Positions 1 to 13,790 of a stretch of DNA of 64,000 nt are shown here, in pieces. Location of the stretch: NCBI RefSeq assembly GCF_030144855.1, contig NC_082722.1:12090001-12154000 (forward strand), given 5' to 3'. Positions within the stretch are counted from its first letter, which is position 1, and every line of letters starts with the position of its first letter. Origin of the DNA: Hypanus sabinus. Taxonomy: Eukaryota. Made by a program: the position numbers and the translations under genes. The notes beneath the pieces are model-generated. The model was not told where the DNA came from. It saw only the letters and a program-made list of their open reading frames with translations, and did no database searches.

Positions 1-1105
1 ATCCCCCTAGTTTAAATTCCGAATTTAAAATTTTTACTTGCTGATTCTTGAAGGGGCAAGAATATGCCTATGTCTACTAGGGGTGGGAAGAATCTGCCTG
101 AACCTAGTGACAAAGGTAATGGAAAAGGAAAGATGCCAACAGAAAGATCTGATGAAATGCCATCATGGACTGAAGATATCGGTCGGACACTGAATTCAAT
201 TCACGATCACAATAGGTCAATTAAAGACCAACTGGAAAAGAATAATAATGAAATGAAGTAATTTCTGGGAAAACTTAAAGATGTGGAAACTAAAGTTATT
301 GCACATGAAGAGGAGCTGAAGTTAACTAAGAAAAGATTGTCTGAAACTACAACGCGTTTGGAAAGATATCAGAATAAAATTATGGACCTTGAAATTAGGT
401 CTCGCCGAAAGAACATACGAATTGTTGGATTGCAAGAAGGAGCTGAAGATGGAGATTTAATGGTTTACTTTGGTAAGCTTTTCCATACTCTATTTCCTGC
501 TATTTTATCACAGCTGCCTGCCATAGAAAGAGCACACAGAGCGTTTACTTCGAAATTTAAGGACTCAAGTAGACCAAGATCCATTCTGGTTCGTTTTCAT
601 CACTTTAAAATTAAAGATCAAATAATGCGACAGGCAAGAAAACAGAGTTTTTAGATTCGAGTCTGAGTTCCGTTTTTCTGAAGATTATCCGAAAGAAGTA
701 GTGGAACAAAGATCAAGATTTGCTGTGGTAATGAAACAAGCATATGATAAGAAATTGTTTCCCTCTTAGCGTTACCCGACAAGAATGAAAGTTTTTCCTC
801 CTCTTTCTCCTCCTTGCACATTCTTTGATCCAAAAGTCGCACTGGACTTTGTTCAAACTATACCTGCCCCCGCTACTGAGGCCGCTACTGAATGAACTAT
901 CTGAAGGGTTGTTTGATTATCTGTATATTATATGAAAAGAAGATATATGAAGGTTACTTGGATATTTCATTGAGAGATTAATGAAAGAAGATAAGAAGAA
1001 TTGTTCAGTATTGCTTATTATTGGAGTTTTTGGGAAAGAAGATTTATGGTTCAAGTTTGACTGTTTAAATGGCTATTCAGATATTTGACTGAGAAAAGAA
1101 GATAA
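1..1105 (+). mobile_element. L1/Tx1 LINE 5' part with degenerate ORF1
   Basis: RSRRKNIRIVGLQEG, IERAHR and PRSILVRF are L1 ORF1 motifs (ORFs 64-261, 283-654). Confidence 0.85.
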
Positions 1106-1895
1106 AAAGGGTTCTAAGAGTAAACCTAGCAATTATAGGCCTGTCAGTTTGACGTCAGTGGTGGGTAAATTAATGGAAAGTATTCTTAGAGATCGTATAT
1201 ATAATTATCTGGGCAGCCAGGGTCTGATTAGAAATAGTCAGCATGGATTCGTGCGTGAAAGGTCATGTTTGACAAATCTTATTGAATTTTTTGAAGAGGT
1301 TACGAAGAAAGTTGACGAGGGTAAAGCAGAGGATGTTGCCTATACGACTTCAGTAAGGCCTTTGACAAGATTCTGCACGGAAGGTTAGTTAGGAAGGTTC
1401 AATCGTTAGGTATTAATATTGAAGTAGTAAAATGGATTCAACAGTGGCTATATGGGAGATGCCAGAGAGTAGTGGTAGATAACTGTTTGTCATGTTGGAG
1501 GCCGGTGACGAGTGGTATGCCTCAGGGATCTGCATTGGGTCCAATATTGTTTGTCATATACATTAATGATCTGGATGATGGGGTGGTAAATTGGATTAGT
1601 AAGTATGCAGATGATACTAAGGTAGGTGGCGTTGTGGATAATGAAGAAGGTTTTCAAAGCTTGCAGAGGGATTTAGGCCAGTTATAAGAGTAGGCTGAAC
1701 GATGGCAGATGAAGTTTAATGCTGATACGTGTGAGGTGCTACATTTTGGTAGGAATAATCCAAATAGGACATAGATGGTAAATGGTAGGGCGTTGAAGAA
1801 TGCAGTAAAACAGTGTGATCTATGAATAATGGTGCATAGTTTAAGGGTAACACGAGGGGGAGTTTCTTTACTCAGAGAGTTGTACCTGTGTGGAA
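1106..1895 (+). mobile_element. CR1 LINE RT fragment
   Basis: NYRPVSLTSVVGK, SQHGF...SCLTNL, PQGS.LGP and YADD motifs. Confidence 0.9.
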
Positions 1896-1899
1896 TGAG

Positions 1900-4420
1900 C
1901 TTTATAACTCAATGCTCTGAGTTATAAAGGCCAGCATACCAAAAGCTTTCGTCACCACCCTATCCATATGAGATTCCACCTTCAGGGAACTATGCACCAT
2001 TAGTTCTACTGCATTCTTCAATGCCCTACCATTTATCATGTATGTTCTATATAGCCATATATAACCATATTGAACAATTACAGCACGGAAGCAAGCCATC
2101 TCGGCCCTTCTAGTCCGTGCTGACGCTTACACTCACCTAGCCCCACTGGCCCGCACTCAGCCCAAAACCCTCCATTCCTTTCCTATCCATATATCTATCC
2201 AATTTTACTTTAAATGACAATACCGAACCTGCCTCTACCACTTCTACTGGAAGCTCATTCCACACAGCTACCACTCTCTGAGTAAAGAAATTCCCCCTCG
2301 TGTTACCCTTAAACCCTCTCTGGCATCTCCCATTTAGCCTCTGTTGAATTCATTTTTTACTTCAATATTAATTCCTAACGATTGAACCTTCCTAACTAAC
2401 CTTCTGTACAGAACCTTGTCAAAGGCCTTACTGAAGTCCATATAAACAACATCCATTGCTTTACCCTCGTCAACTTTCCTCGTAACCTCTTCAAAAATTC
2501 AGTAAGATTTGTCAAACATGACCTTCCACGCAAAAATCCATGCTAACTATTCCTAATCAGACCCTGTCTATCCAGATAATTATATACACCATCTCTAAGA
2601 ATACTTTCCATTAAGTTACCCACCAGTGACGTCAAATTAACAGGTCTATAATTGCTAGGTTTATTCTTAGAACTCTTTTTAAACAATTGAACCACATGAG
2701 CAATTCGCCAATCCTCCAGCACCATCCCCGTTTCTAATGACATTTAAAATATTTCTGTCAGAGCCACAGCTATTTCTACACCAACTTCCCTTAGGGTCCT
2801 AGGAATATCATGTCATGACCCGGAGATTTATCCACTTTTATATTCCTTAAGAACGCCAGTACTTCCTCCTCTTTAATCGTCATAGCTTCCATAACTTCCT
2901 TACATGTTTCCCTTACCTTACACAATTCAATATCCTTCTCCTTAGTGAATACCGAAGAAAAGAAATTGTTCAATATCTCCCCCATCTCTTTTGGCTCCAC
3001 ACGTAGCTGTCCACTCTGATTCTCTAAAGGACCAATTTTATCCCTCACTATCCTTTCGCTATTAATATAACTGTAGAAACCCTTCGGATTTATTTTCACC
3101 CTATTTGCCAAAGCAACCTCGTACATTCTTTTAGCTTTTCTAATTTCTTTCTTAAGATTCTTTTTACTTTCTTTATATTCCTGGAGCACGTCATTTACTC
3201 CATTCTGCCTATGTTTATTGTGGATCTCCCTCTTTTTCCGAACCAACTTTCCAGTATCCCTTGAAAACCATGGCGCTCTCAAACTTTTACCTTTTCTTTT
3301 CAACCTAACAGGAAGATAAAGATTCTGTACGGTCAAAATTTCATCTTTAAATGACCGCCATTTCTCTGTTACATCCCCTTCTCTATCACCTGCCTATCCT
3401 CCCTCATACACTATCTACTAGCTTTCTCTATTTGTGAACTAACCTCCTCTCCCCTAGTCTCTCCCAAATTGATTCCCACTCCCCGACCATTCTAGTTTAA
3501 AGTCTCCCCAGTAGCCTAAAGCAAATCTACCCGCCAGGATATTGGTCCCCCTATGATTCAAGTGTAACCCGTCCTTTTTGTACAGGTCACACCTGCCCCA
3601 AAAGAGGTCCCAATGATCAAGAAACTTGAATCCCTTCCCCCTGCTCCAATCCCTCATCCACGCATTTATCCTTCACCTCATTCCATTCCTACTCTCACTG
3701 TCGCATGGCACAGGCAGTAATCCTGAGATTACTACCTTTGTGCTCCTTTTTCTCAACTGCCATCCTAACTCCCTATATTTTCCTTTAAGGACCTCTTCCA
3801 TTTTCCTACCTATGTCTTTGGTACCTGTATGTACCACGACCTCTGGCTCCTCACCCTCCCACTTCAGGATGTCTTGCATGCGATCAGTATCATCCCGAAC
3901 CCTGGCACCAGGGAGGCAAACTACCATCCGGGTCTCCTGATCACGTCCAAAGAATCGCCTATCTGACCCCCTAACTATCGAGTCCCCTATTACTACTGCC
4001 TTCCTCTTCCTTTCCCTGCCCTTCTGAACTACAGGGCCGGACTCTGTGCCGGAGGCACGGCCACTGTTGCTTATCCCAGGTAGGCTGTCCCCCCAGCCGT
4101 TCTCAAACAGTACTTATCGTTAAGGGGTGTATTCACTGGGGTACCCTCTAATACCTGACTCCCCCCCTTCCTCCTCCTAACCGTGACCAACCAGTCTGCT
4201 TCCCGTGGTCCCGGTGTTACCATCTGTCTGTAACTCCTCACTCTCCCTACCAGACGAAGGTCATCGAGCTGCAGCTCCAGTTCCCTAACACGGTCCCTTA
4301 GGAGCTGCAGCTCGGTGCACCTGGCGCAGATGTGGACTTCCGGGAGGCTAGGAGACTCCAGGACCTCCCACATCCGACACCGAGAACAACAAGCTGCCCT
4401 CACACTCATACTTCCCCTTT
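1900..4420 (-). mobile_element. CR1 LINE fragments including ORF1 (Cys-rich zinc finger and SGNH esterase) and ORF2 pieces
   Basis: CSRCRMWE...HICARC, VCLPGARVRD...VVVHTGT, FLDHWDLFWGR...DGLHLN and KPSNYRPV. Confidence 0.88.
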
Positions 4421-4561
4421 CCTCAAATAATAGGATTAATCATACCAAAATGTAGCACCTCACATTCATCAGCATTAAACTCCATCTGCCATCGTTCAAC
4501 CCATTCTTCTCTCTGCAAGCTTTGAAAACCTACTTCATTATCCACAACGCCATCTACCTTA

Positions 4562-5435
4562 GGCCACGTCCACACTACGCTGGATAAATCTATACCTGAA
4601 GCTTTTTCTCTTCGTTTTTACCCTCCATCCGCACTAAAACGGCGATTTCATTCCCCGAAACCGGAGCTTTTCAGAAACGCTTTCCAGGGTGGGTATTTTT
4701 GAAAACGCTGCTCGGGCAGATCAGTGTGGACGGAGTAACCGAGACTTTTGAAAATGCTGTCAGACAGCAGTGCGCTATTTCATTGTTCTCTTGAACGCAA
4801 CCTAACAATTATAACACACGGCAACGAGACTGAAGCCAGAAGAGTTAGAAATGTACTGACCAAGTACTTTGATCCATAACTTACTTAATAAATAAGTATA
4901 CTGTACTCACTTTGCCGTTTAATGTCCTTGCTAGTCTGAAGGTGGTTTATCTACTTATGCAAGTACTTCTCTGACAATAGATCTGTAACAGCCTAATGTA
5001 ACATTGTATGGAAATACATGATAACGCTGATGCAGACATGTTTTATACATTTAACAAGGTGCTTTATTAATGCAACAGAGTTAGTCAGTTTTTTTATGTT
5101 CGTTGTCAGCCGGGCCGTGGATTTCCTGTCGGTTGCTCCAGTATTTGTTTCTTTTTCGTTTTAAGTTCACCTGCGCGACAGCCAACAGCTGTCGTTTTTT
5201 TTTATGTTTTGGTAGTCTGTAACTACCAAAACGCGCACTTTTACAGTGAGATTCGACACCAAACGTCACTTGTTTTCGGTAGATGTGTCCTGCGCAAGCG
5301 CAGCAGGAGGAAATTCGCCGAAATCTCCATTTCAGTGTGAATAGAGATATTTTCAAAAACGCATAGTGTGGACGTCTATTGTTTTTACGCGAGACCGGCG
5401 TTTTCAAAATTATCCGGTCTAGTGTGGATGTAGCC
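4562..5435. mobile_element. Non-autonomous PIF/Harbinger-type DNA transposon (874 bp) inserted into a CR1 RT
   Basis: Terminal inverted repeats GGCCACGTCCACACTA ... TAGTGTGGATGTAGCC; TTA target duplication at 4559-4561 and 5436-5438. The CR1 sequence catctacc-tta-gtatcatttgc is restored on removal. Confidence 0.88.
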
Positions 5436-5438
5436 TTA

Positions 5439-6210
5439 GTATCATTTGCAAACTTACTAATCCAATTTACCACCCCATCATCCAGATCATTAATGTATAT
5501 GACAAACAACATTGGACCCAGAACAGTTCCCTGAGGCACACACTAGTTACTGGCCTCCAACCTGACAAACAGTTATCCACCACTACTCTCTGGCAATGAA
5601 CCCTCCTAACTAACCTTCTAACTTTCCTAACTAACCTTCTAACCTTCTCCTAACTAACCTTCTGTGCGGAACCTTGTCAAAGGCCTTACTGAAGTCCATA
5701 TAGACTACATCCATTGCTTTACCCTCCTCAACTTCCCTAGTAACCACTTCAAAAAAATCAATAAGATTTGTCAGGCATGACCTTCCATGCACAAATCCAT
5801 GCTGACTGTTCCTAATCAGACACTGTCTATCCAGATAATGAAATATACCATCTCTAAGAATACTTTCCATTAATTTAACCACCACTGACGTCAAACTGAT
5901 AGGCCTATAATTGCTAGGTTTACTCCTAGAACCCTTTTTAAACAGTGGAGCCACATGAGCAATACGCCAATCCTCTGGCACAATCCCCTTTTCTAATGAC
6001 ATTTGAAATATTTCTGTCAGAGCTCCTGCTATTTCTGCACTAACTTCCCCTAATGTCCTAGGGATATCCTGTCAGGGCCCGGAGATTTATCCACTTTTAT
6101 ATTCCTTAAAAGCGCCAGTACTTCCTCCTCCTTAATTGTCATAGCTTCCATAACTTCCCTACTTGTTTCCCTTACCTTTCACAACTCAATATCCTCCTTA
6201 GTGAATAGTA
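5439..6210 (-). mobile_element. CR1 RT fragment (continues at about 4440-4558)
   Basis: [34 protein letters not shown] and WISKFANDTK. Confidence 0.9.
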
Positions 6211-9200
6211 AAGAAAAGAAATTGTTCAAAATAAAAAAATATTTATTTAAACCAAGGGTGGAACTTCAATCACAATATAACCTATTATTAACTCAGCCAG
6301 TTGAAAGCTATTTGTTTAACTTAAAGAGCCAACTTTATATGTTTGGAGATAAAAATAACAAACTGCTTGTATCTCAATTAAAATGGCTGGAGCCAAAAGG
6401 CAAATTTTGAAAATCAATAGATAGTACCCTGGCTTGGGAATATGAAGAAATTAATAAGAATTTTCAAGATTTTTATTCTGAACTTTATAAATCTCTTTGT
6501 CCAGTAGATTCTTCTGAAATGAATGTTTTTATTTTACGAAAGATTGCTTTTCCTACGATTTCTGCTGAGGATCAAAAACGTCTTGATGCCCAAGTTACTG
6601 AATCCGAAATTCATAAACCTATTTTTTCAATGCAATTTGTTAAAGCCCCTGGACTTGATGGTTATCCTGTAGAATTTTATGAAAGAATTGGAAAATTACT
6701 TTTTTCATATATGTTGGAGATGTTCAAAGATTCCTTTGTGAAAGGTGATTTACCCTCTGCTTTTTATGAGGCTTCTATTTCTTTAATTCTTAAAAAGGAT
6801 AAAGATCTTACTGATTGTGGCTCATACAGACCTAGCTCATTATTGAATGTCGATGCTTGGAGAGTATTTTGGGTAAAATTATTTCTAAAGATCAAACAAG
6901 CTTTATAAAGTGATCTCTATTCTTTTTCAAATGTTCGGAAACTATTTAACATTATATTAACATTATATATTCGCCCTCTTTGAAAACTCCACGAAGCGTT
7001 GTATCTTTGGATGCTGAAAAAGCATTTAACCGATTCGAATGGAAATATTTATTTAATGTTTTAGAAAAAAATTGATTTTGGTGCTAATTTTAATAATTGG
7101 ATTAAAATGATATGTAAAGCTCCTATTGTTACTGTTGTCACTAACTACCTTTTTTTGCAGCTATCGGGGGCGGGGGGACAAGACAAGCTTGTCCATTAAG
7201 TCCTTCGTTATTTAATTTAATATTAGAACCCCTTGCTATTGCTCTTCGTGAAGCCAAACATATTCATGGGATTTTTGTGAATGAGACCATGCACAAGATC
7301 TCTCTTTGCGCTGACGATTTATTGGTTTATATATCGAAGCCTGATGAATCGATTCCTGCTTTGCTAAAATTATTTAACGAATTCGGAAATTTTTCAGGAT
7401 ATAAAATAAATTTTAGTAAAAGTGAATTGCTTTCTTTAAATAAATCTGTCTCTATATATGATAATATTCTTTTAGATATTTAGGTGTTATAGTTACTAAA
7501 AAATATAAGGATCTTTATAAAGCTAATTTTGTTCCCTTCGTGGACTTTATGAAGTATTTATTTAATAGATAGAATCCACTTGCATTTTCACCAGTTGGTC
7601 GTATTCATATTGTTAAAATGATGATATTTCAAAAATTTTTATATTTATTTCAGAATATTCCTGTTTTTTTGACTAAGAAGTTTTTTGATCGGATCGATTC
7701 TATTATTCTATCTTTTATTTGGAATAATAAAAGTCCAAGAATTAGTAAATGTTATTTACAAATGTTGAAAAAGGTTGGAGGTCTTGCTTTGCCTAATCTA
7801 AGAATGCATGACTGGGCTGTTAATTTGCAATACATGCCCTTTTGGTTATATTGGAATGATTCGCCAATTTGTGTAGACCTGGAACTGAGAGCTGGGAAAC
7901 AGTTTTATTTAATCCCGTTATTGGGAGTTTCTTTACCTATACAATTAGCTAAATTTGCTAATTTAAACGTATATCCTGTGATTAAGCACTCTTTAAAAAT
8001 TTGGCTTCAATAGACAATAGACAATAGGTGCAGCAGTAGACCATTCGGCCCCTCGAGTCTGCACCGCCATTCTGAGATCATGGCTGATCATTCACTATCA
8101 ATACCCAGTCCCTGCCTTGTCCCCATATCCCTTGATTCCCCTATCCATCAGATATCTAAATAGACAATAGACAATAGGTGCAGAAGTAGAAGTAGGTGCA
8201 GTTCCGCAATTTTTTTAATCTTAAAAAATTTAAACTTTGCAGTTCAATTTATCGTAATTACTTTTTTAAACCTTTTTTGAGTGATCCAATTATTTTACTT
8301 TTGAAAAATAAAGGTATTAATTCTTTTTTTGGATTAATTTAATGAAGGCAGATTGATGTCTTTTGAACAATTAGTCGATAAATATTCTCTCTCATATTCA
8401 CACTTTTTACAGTACCTTCAAGTAGACATTTTTTTCAAAAATATTTAAGTAATTTTCCTTACATATTGGAAGCTGACCTGTTAGATACTATTATGAATAC
8501 GAACCCTTCGATGAAGGGTTCTATTTGAATAATGTATAATTTATTATTACAATGAGATAAGCGTCCTTTATTTAAGATTAAACAGGATTGGTAAAGGAAC
8601 TCAATTTTACTTTTATATGGGAGGATTGGGTGCGGATTCTGAAGCTGGTTAACTCTTTTTCGATCTGTGCTAGTCATTCACTGATTCAATTTAAAATTGT
8701 ACTTTGTTACCATTTGACGAAGGAGAGGCTGTCTAAAATATTTCCCATTGTTATTGTGATAGATGTAAAACTGAGATAGCTACATTGACACATATGTTCT
8801 GGTCATGTTCTATACTGGAACAATTCTGAAAGTTAGTCGTTTTGACATTTTCTAAAGCACTCAGAATTAACCTACAACCTAATAAATTGACTGCGCTTTT
8901 TGGAATAATTCCTCAAAATATCCATGGTATTTCTGTGTCTGACTAACATGTTATTGCAGTTGTTACATTGATAGCTTGGAGGGCCATTTTATTGAAGTGG
9001 AAGGATATATCAGCTCCTACTTTGTCACAATGGTTCTCTCAAGTGATGCTATGTCTTAGTTTGGAGAAAATTAGGAGTTGAACCTTTGAACTTTTATACG
9101 CTTTTGAGAAAAGTTGGGACTCATTTGCTTGCTGTTATCATCTGAGTTACTTGATAGAACTTCTCCACGATCTAATTGTAGATGTTTTTTTTAATGTATT

Positions 9201-9403
9201 TTTCCTTCTTGCCAGCTCTTGAATGTTTATTTTTAGAAGCTTTTTGTATGACGCATGGCTCCGGGATTGTACCCCTAATGGCCTTTTCCCCACTTTTTTG
9301 CTTAGTAGGCTTTTTTTATTCATAAAATTTTCAATCTTTAAGATAATTTTTACTTCGAGACATTATAAGTGTTGTTACTTCGATGTAACTTGTGTTATTA
9401 AAA
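6210..9403 (+). mobile_element. L1/Tx1 ORF2 (RT region, C-terminus and 3' UTR), frameshifted; endonuclease region not seen
   Basis: KAPGLDGYPVEFY, YRPSSLLNVD, SLDAEKAF, LCADD, GYKINFSKS, GGLALPNL and HSLIQFKI. Confidence 0.88.
8011..8200 (-). mobile_element. Short CR1 3'-end insertion(s) within the L1
   Basis: Reverse complement of the 3' UTR at about 10215-10355, with the tail repeat tagacaa occurring at two places. Confidence 0.75.
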
Positions 9404-10355
9404 AGATGAAGGCATTGAGAATAATATCAGCAAGTTTGCTGATGATACTAAGCTGGGTGGCAGTGTGACATGTGATGAGGATGTTAGGAGAATTCAGGGT
9501 GACTTGGATAGGCTGAGTGAGTGGGCAGATACTTGGCAGATGACATTAAATGTGAATAAGTGTGAGGTTATCCACTTTGGGAGTAAGAACAGGAAGGCAG
9601 ATTATTATCTGAACGGTGTACAGTTAGGTAAGGGAGAAATACAAAGAGATCTAGGAGTCCTTGTTCATCAGTCACTGAAGCTGAATGAGCAAGTGCAGCA
9701 GGCAGTGAGGAAGGCTAATGGAATGTTGGCCTTTATTACAAAGGGAATTGAGTACAAGAGCAAGGAAATCCTTTTGCATTTGTACAGGGCCCTGTGAGAC
9801 CACACCTGGAGTATTGTGTACAGTTTTGGTCTCCAGGGTTAAAGAAGGACATCCTGGCTATAGAGGAAGTGCAGCGTAGATTCACGAGGTTAATTCGTGG
9901 GATGTCCGGACTGTCTTACGCAGAGAGGTTAGAGAGACTGGGCTTGTACACGCTGGAATTAAGGAGATTGAGAGGGGATCTGATTGCAACATATAAGATT
10001 ATTAAGGGATTGGACAAGATAGAGGCAGGAAATATGTTCCAGCTGCTGGGAGAGTCCAGTACAAGAGGTCATAGTTTGAGAATAAGGGGTAGGTCATTTA
10101 GGACAGAGTTAAGGAAAAACTTCTCCCAGAGAGTTGTGGGGGGTCTGGAATGCACTGCCTCGGAAGGCAGTGGAGGCCAATTCTCTGGATGCTTTCAAAA
10201 AGGAGCTACATAGGTATCTTATGGTTAGGGGAATCAAGGGATATGGGGACAAGGCAGGAACCGGGTATTGATAGTAGATGATCAGCCATGATCTCAGAAT
10301 GGCGGTGCAGGCTCGAAGGGCCGAATGGTCTATTTTTGCACCTATTGTCTATTGT
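9404..10355 (+). mobile_element. 5'-truncated CR1 with RT C-terminus and 3' UTR
   Basis: FADDTK-like start, KCEVIHFG, RDLGVLV, RPHLEYCVQFWSP and RRLRGDLI; ends in cctattgtctattg. Confidence 0.92.
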
Positions 10356-10359
10356 GTAT

Positions 10360-10990
10360 AAAAGAAAGAAAGATACTGTAAGGAAGTATTCCAAACATTC
10401 TCGGTACTTTTCAAGGTAAATTTTAAGCCTAACTCTTTGACCGCATTATTTGGAGGAATGGACTTTATTTTGGAGACACCGGGTTTGCATATTTTGGCTT
10501 TTACTTCTCTTATAGCTAGGAGGGCGCTCTTGTTTAAATGGAAAGATGCTGTCAGCTTACTCATGCTGAATGGTTTCGGGATGTTATGTCATGCTTAAAT
10601 TTGGAGAAGATCCGATGTTCAGTTTTTGAATCTGGCCAATCGACATAGTGGGGACTACTTTTGAGTTATTTTCAAGACCTTTGATTTGTTTTAAAGGTAT
10701 AGATGGTGTCTAATAATATATTTTATTATATGATAAGGGTTTTTCCCCTTTTTTCTTGCTTTTCCTAACAGCTTTGACTTTGGTAGTGGGTTTAGAATTT
10801 TTTTCTGTATAACAAAATTATTATATTTCAATGTTATGATTTAATTTAATATTTATGAATACAGTGTTTTGTGATGTAACTGTATTTTTAATACAATGTA
10901 TTTGGTACTATTTTATTTTTTTCTTTTGACTTATAATATAGATCTTCTTGTACTCTGTATTCCTTTATGCAGAAACTAATAACAGCATTG
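10360..10990 (+). mobile_element. L1 3' fragment
   Basis: Similar to 8860-9100 (actgcattattt, LLFKWKD-type coding remnant) followed by a T-rich UTR. Confidence 0.7.
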
Positions 10991-11289
10991 AAGGAGAATT
11001 TAATCACAAAATCAAAGATTGTCTTCTACTCCCGAATGACTTCCTGAAATTGAAACTGGAAATGTTTACGACAACATAAAATAAAATTGCATTTCTTGTC
11101 TTCTTAATCCCATTAACGGCTTCTTTTCCAACAGAAAGAAAGATCATAAACTAACAACTTACTTACGCAACCTAATTTAAGAGTGATAGCTGTGATGTAA
11201 TTGAACTTATTATTAATGTTTTTGATTAATAATATGTCCAATTCTAATAAGATCCTATAGGTTCCAATAGTTGACTTTATAGTTTATGA

Positions 11290-11830
11290 TACAACAGTGG
11301 TTGACCTCTCCAGCAACAATAATGAGTCGGCATTCAGAGAGGAAATAGAGAGGCTCTAACAGGTACAGAGGCCATTGTCCAATGGCGTGTGAACAACAAC
11401 CTCAGACTTATCGTGAACCTGAAAATCATTCTTGGCAATGATTGTGGCCTTCAGGAAGATGTAGCCGACCACTCCCTTGTGCATATCAATGCGTCTTCCG
11501 TGAGGAAAGTAAAGGGTACAATTTCCTTTGGGTGCACATTAGGGACGATCTTACCTGGACCGACAACGCCTCCTCATCCGTCAAGAAGACATAAAAGTAT
11601 CGACAGTTTTTGAGGAGACTGAGGCGTTCAAGTCTCCTCGCCCCAATTCTAACAACTTCCGAAATGAGCGCCATCGAGAGTATCCTGTCGTCTGCATCGT
11701 TGCTAGGTACGCATGCTGCAAGGCACCGGTCCACAAGGCTTTACGGAGAAAAATAAAAGCGCCGATATGATCACCGGCCTCTCCCCTTCCGTATTTCCCC
11801 TATGTATGTTACTTATTTCCTGTTTACTTG
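11290..11830 (+). mobile_element. Degenerate Rex1/Babar LINE fragment (paralogous copy about 45230-45880)
   Basis: NNESAFREE...NNLRL and IESILS-type remnants; same position in both duplicons. Confidence 0.65.
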
Positions 11831-12199
11831 TGCTGTGCAATTCAAAAGAAGGAAAGCTGTCTCACTTGGTTGCAGATATGTAGTCAGATGACCACATACT
11901 TGAAAATATAATTATGATCATACTGACATCTTTCCTGAATAAAGTCCTTTCGTTTTGTGACAATATGCAGCAAATCCTTTGCAACAGAAATGCAGTTATT
12001 TGAGTAGAGACGTCCAATAGGAAAATTAGGAATTATTAAGATTTGCAAACGGTAATGGAAATATAAATTTTAAAGTAAACATATAATCGTTTTTGCCCAA
12101 ATCAAAAGTTTTGCTCTTTTTAAATTCGTTCTTGGACAGCATGGATTACTTGCCCATTTCTATTGTCCTAGTCAACATCTTCATTGTAACACACACACA

Positions 12200-13790
12200 C
12201 ACACCATTCTGAAGGAACACAGCAGCTCAGGCAGCATAAATGGAAATGATTGAAAAGTCGACATTTCAGGCTGAGGCCCTTCACCAGGACTGGAAAGGAA
12301 GGGATGAGATGTCAGAATAAAAAGATGGGGAAAATTAGAAAGACAAGCCAGATGGTGTCAGGTGAAGCTAGGTGAGTGAAAGGGCATGTGTGAAGAAGCT
12401 GGATGGTAGTAAACGGAAAAGGCAAAGGGCAGGAGAAGAAGGAAACTGTTAGGAAAGCAGAGTGGATCATGGGAGAAAGCAAAGGATGCAGGGCACCAGG
12501 AAGGGCGATAGATAGGCGAGGAAAATAGGTAAATGGCCAGAGTGTAGACATGAAGAAGGAAGGCAGGACAAAAATTACCGGATGTTCATGCTATCAGATT
12601 GGACGCTACTTCGAGGGAATATAAGATGTTGATCCTCCAGCCTGGGAGAGGCCTGCATGGCAGAAACTGAGGTGAAGAACTGACCTGTATGAACGGGAAT
12701 GGGGAATGGAATTGAAATAGTTGGCCTGCGGGAAGAGTTGCTTTTTTCCAGATGGAGCTGGGGGTCCTAGTAAAAAGATCCCCCAACCTACTTCAGATCT
12801 CAACAATGGATCTGAGGAGGCCGCATTAGGAATGTCGTATACAGCGGACGGCCCCAACATATTTGCAGGTGAAGTGTTGTTTCACCTGTAAGTACTGTTT
12901 GGGGCCCTGAATTGAGATGACGGAAAAGGTGAATGGAACATATGTAGTCCCTGCTTCCTCGCATGCAGAGATGTTTCTCAGAAGTGTGATTAGTGTGGAG
13001 GGTCGACTGGACAAGGAAATCACGGAGCAAGCGAGCCCTGCAGAAATCAGGAAACTGGAGTAAAATAAAATGTGTTTAATAGTAGGGTCCGGTTGAAGAT
13101 GTTGGAAGTTGTGGAGAATGATACGTTGGATTCGGGTGCACATCGAATGAGTAGGTGACAATTCTATCCTTGTCAAAGAAGCTGGAAGATAGGTTGAGCA
13201 AGGGCTGAGAATGGGGAGAAAAGTGTCAGAAAATGTGAGTTTAAGGGCAGCGTCAGAGTTACAGGCAAGGTTCATGAAATTGATGAGCTCACCATGAGCT
13301 CAATTCAGTCGAAAATACAGCATAGAAAGAATTGAGAAGCATTGCAAGCGAAAGTTCGGAACACGTAGTCAACGAAAAGGTAGGCATACCAGGGACACAT
13401 GCAGGTGCCCAAGGATGCAAATTCAGTTTGGATAAAGTGGGAAAGAAAGTGATTAGCACCAATTCTACGGGGATGGAGCGAAAATGGTCGGGTCTGTTGT
13501 CAAGAAAGTAGTTGAGAACACTAAAGGCTTCTTAATGGTGGATATAAATGATCCACATTTGGACATGTGGGATTGACCATCCATAGTGAAAATGAGGCGA
13601 TCAAGGCCAAAGAATTGAAAGTAACTGACGAGATCAAGAGCATGTGAAATGTCGCGGATGTAGGGACTGGTCCAAGAGTATAAGATGAAGTCAGGATATG
13701 TGAGCACGTGTTCAGTTGAACAGGAACATGCAGAACAATGGGCTCACCCGGAGATTTAGATTTGTGGATGATGGGTAGGAGACATATCGA
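12200..13790 (-). mobile_element. Penelope-like element (GIY-YIG) fragment (paralogous copy about 46190-47520)
   Basis: FSDTFLPIL, IILHNFQHLQPDPTIKHI, GPKQYLQVKQHFTCKYVGAVRCIR. Confidence 0.8.

Noticed and set aside
5081-5539. 152-aa ORF that looks like a novel RT fusion
   Set aside because: It is an artefact of reading from a CR1 RT into the inserted Harbinger MITE.
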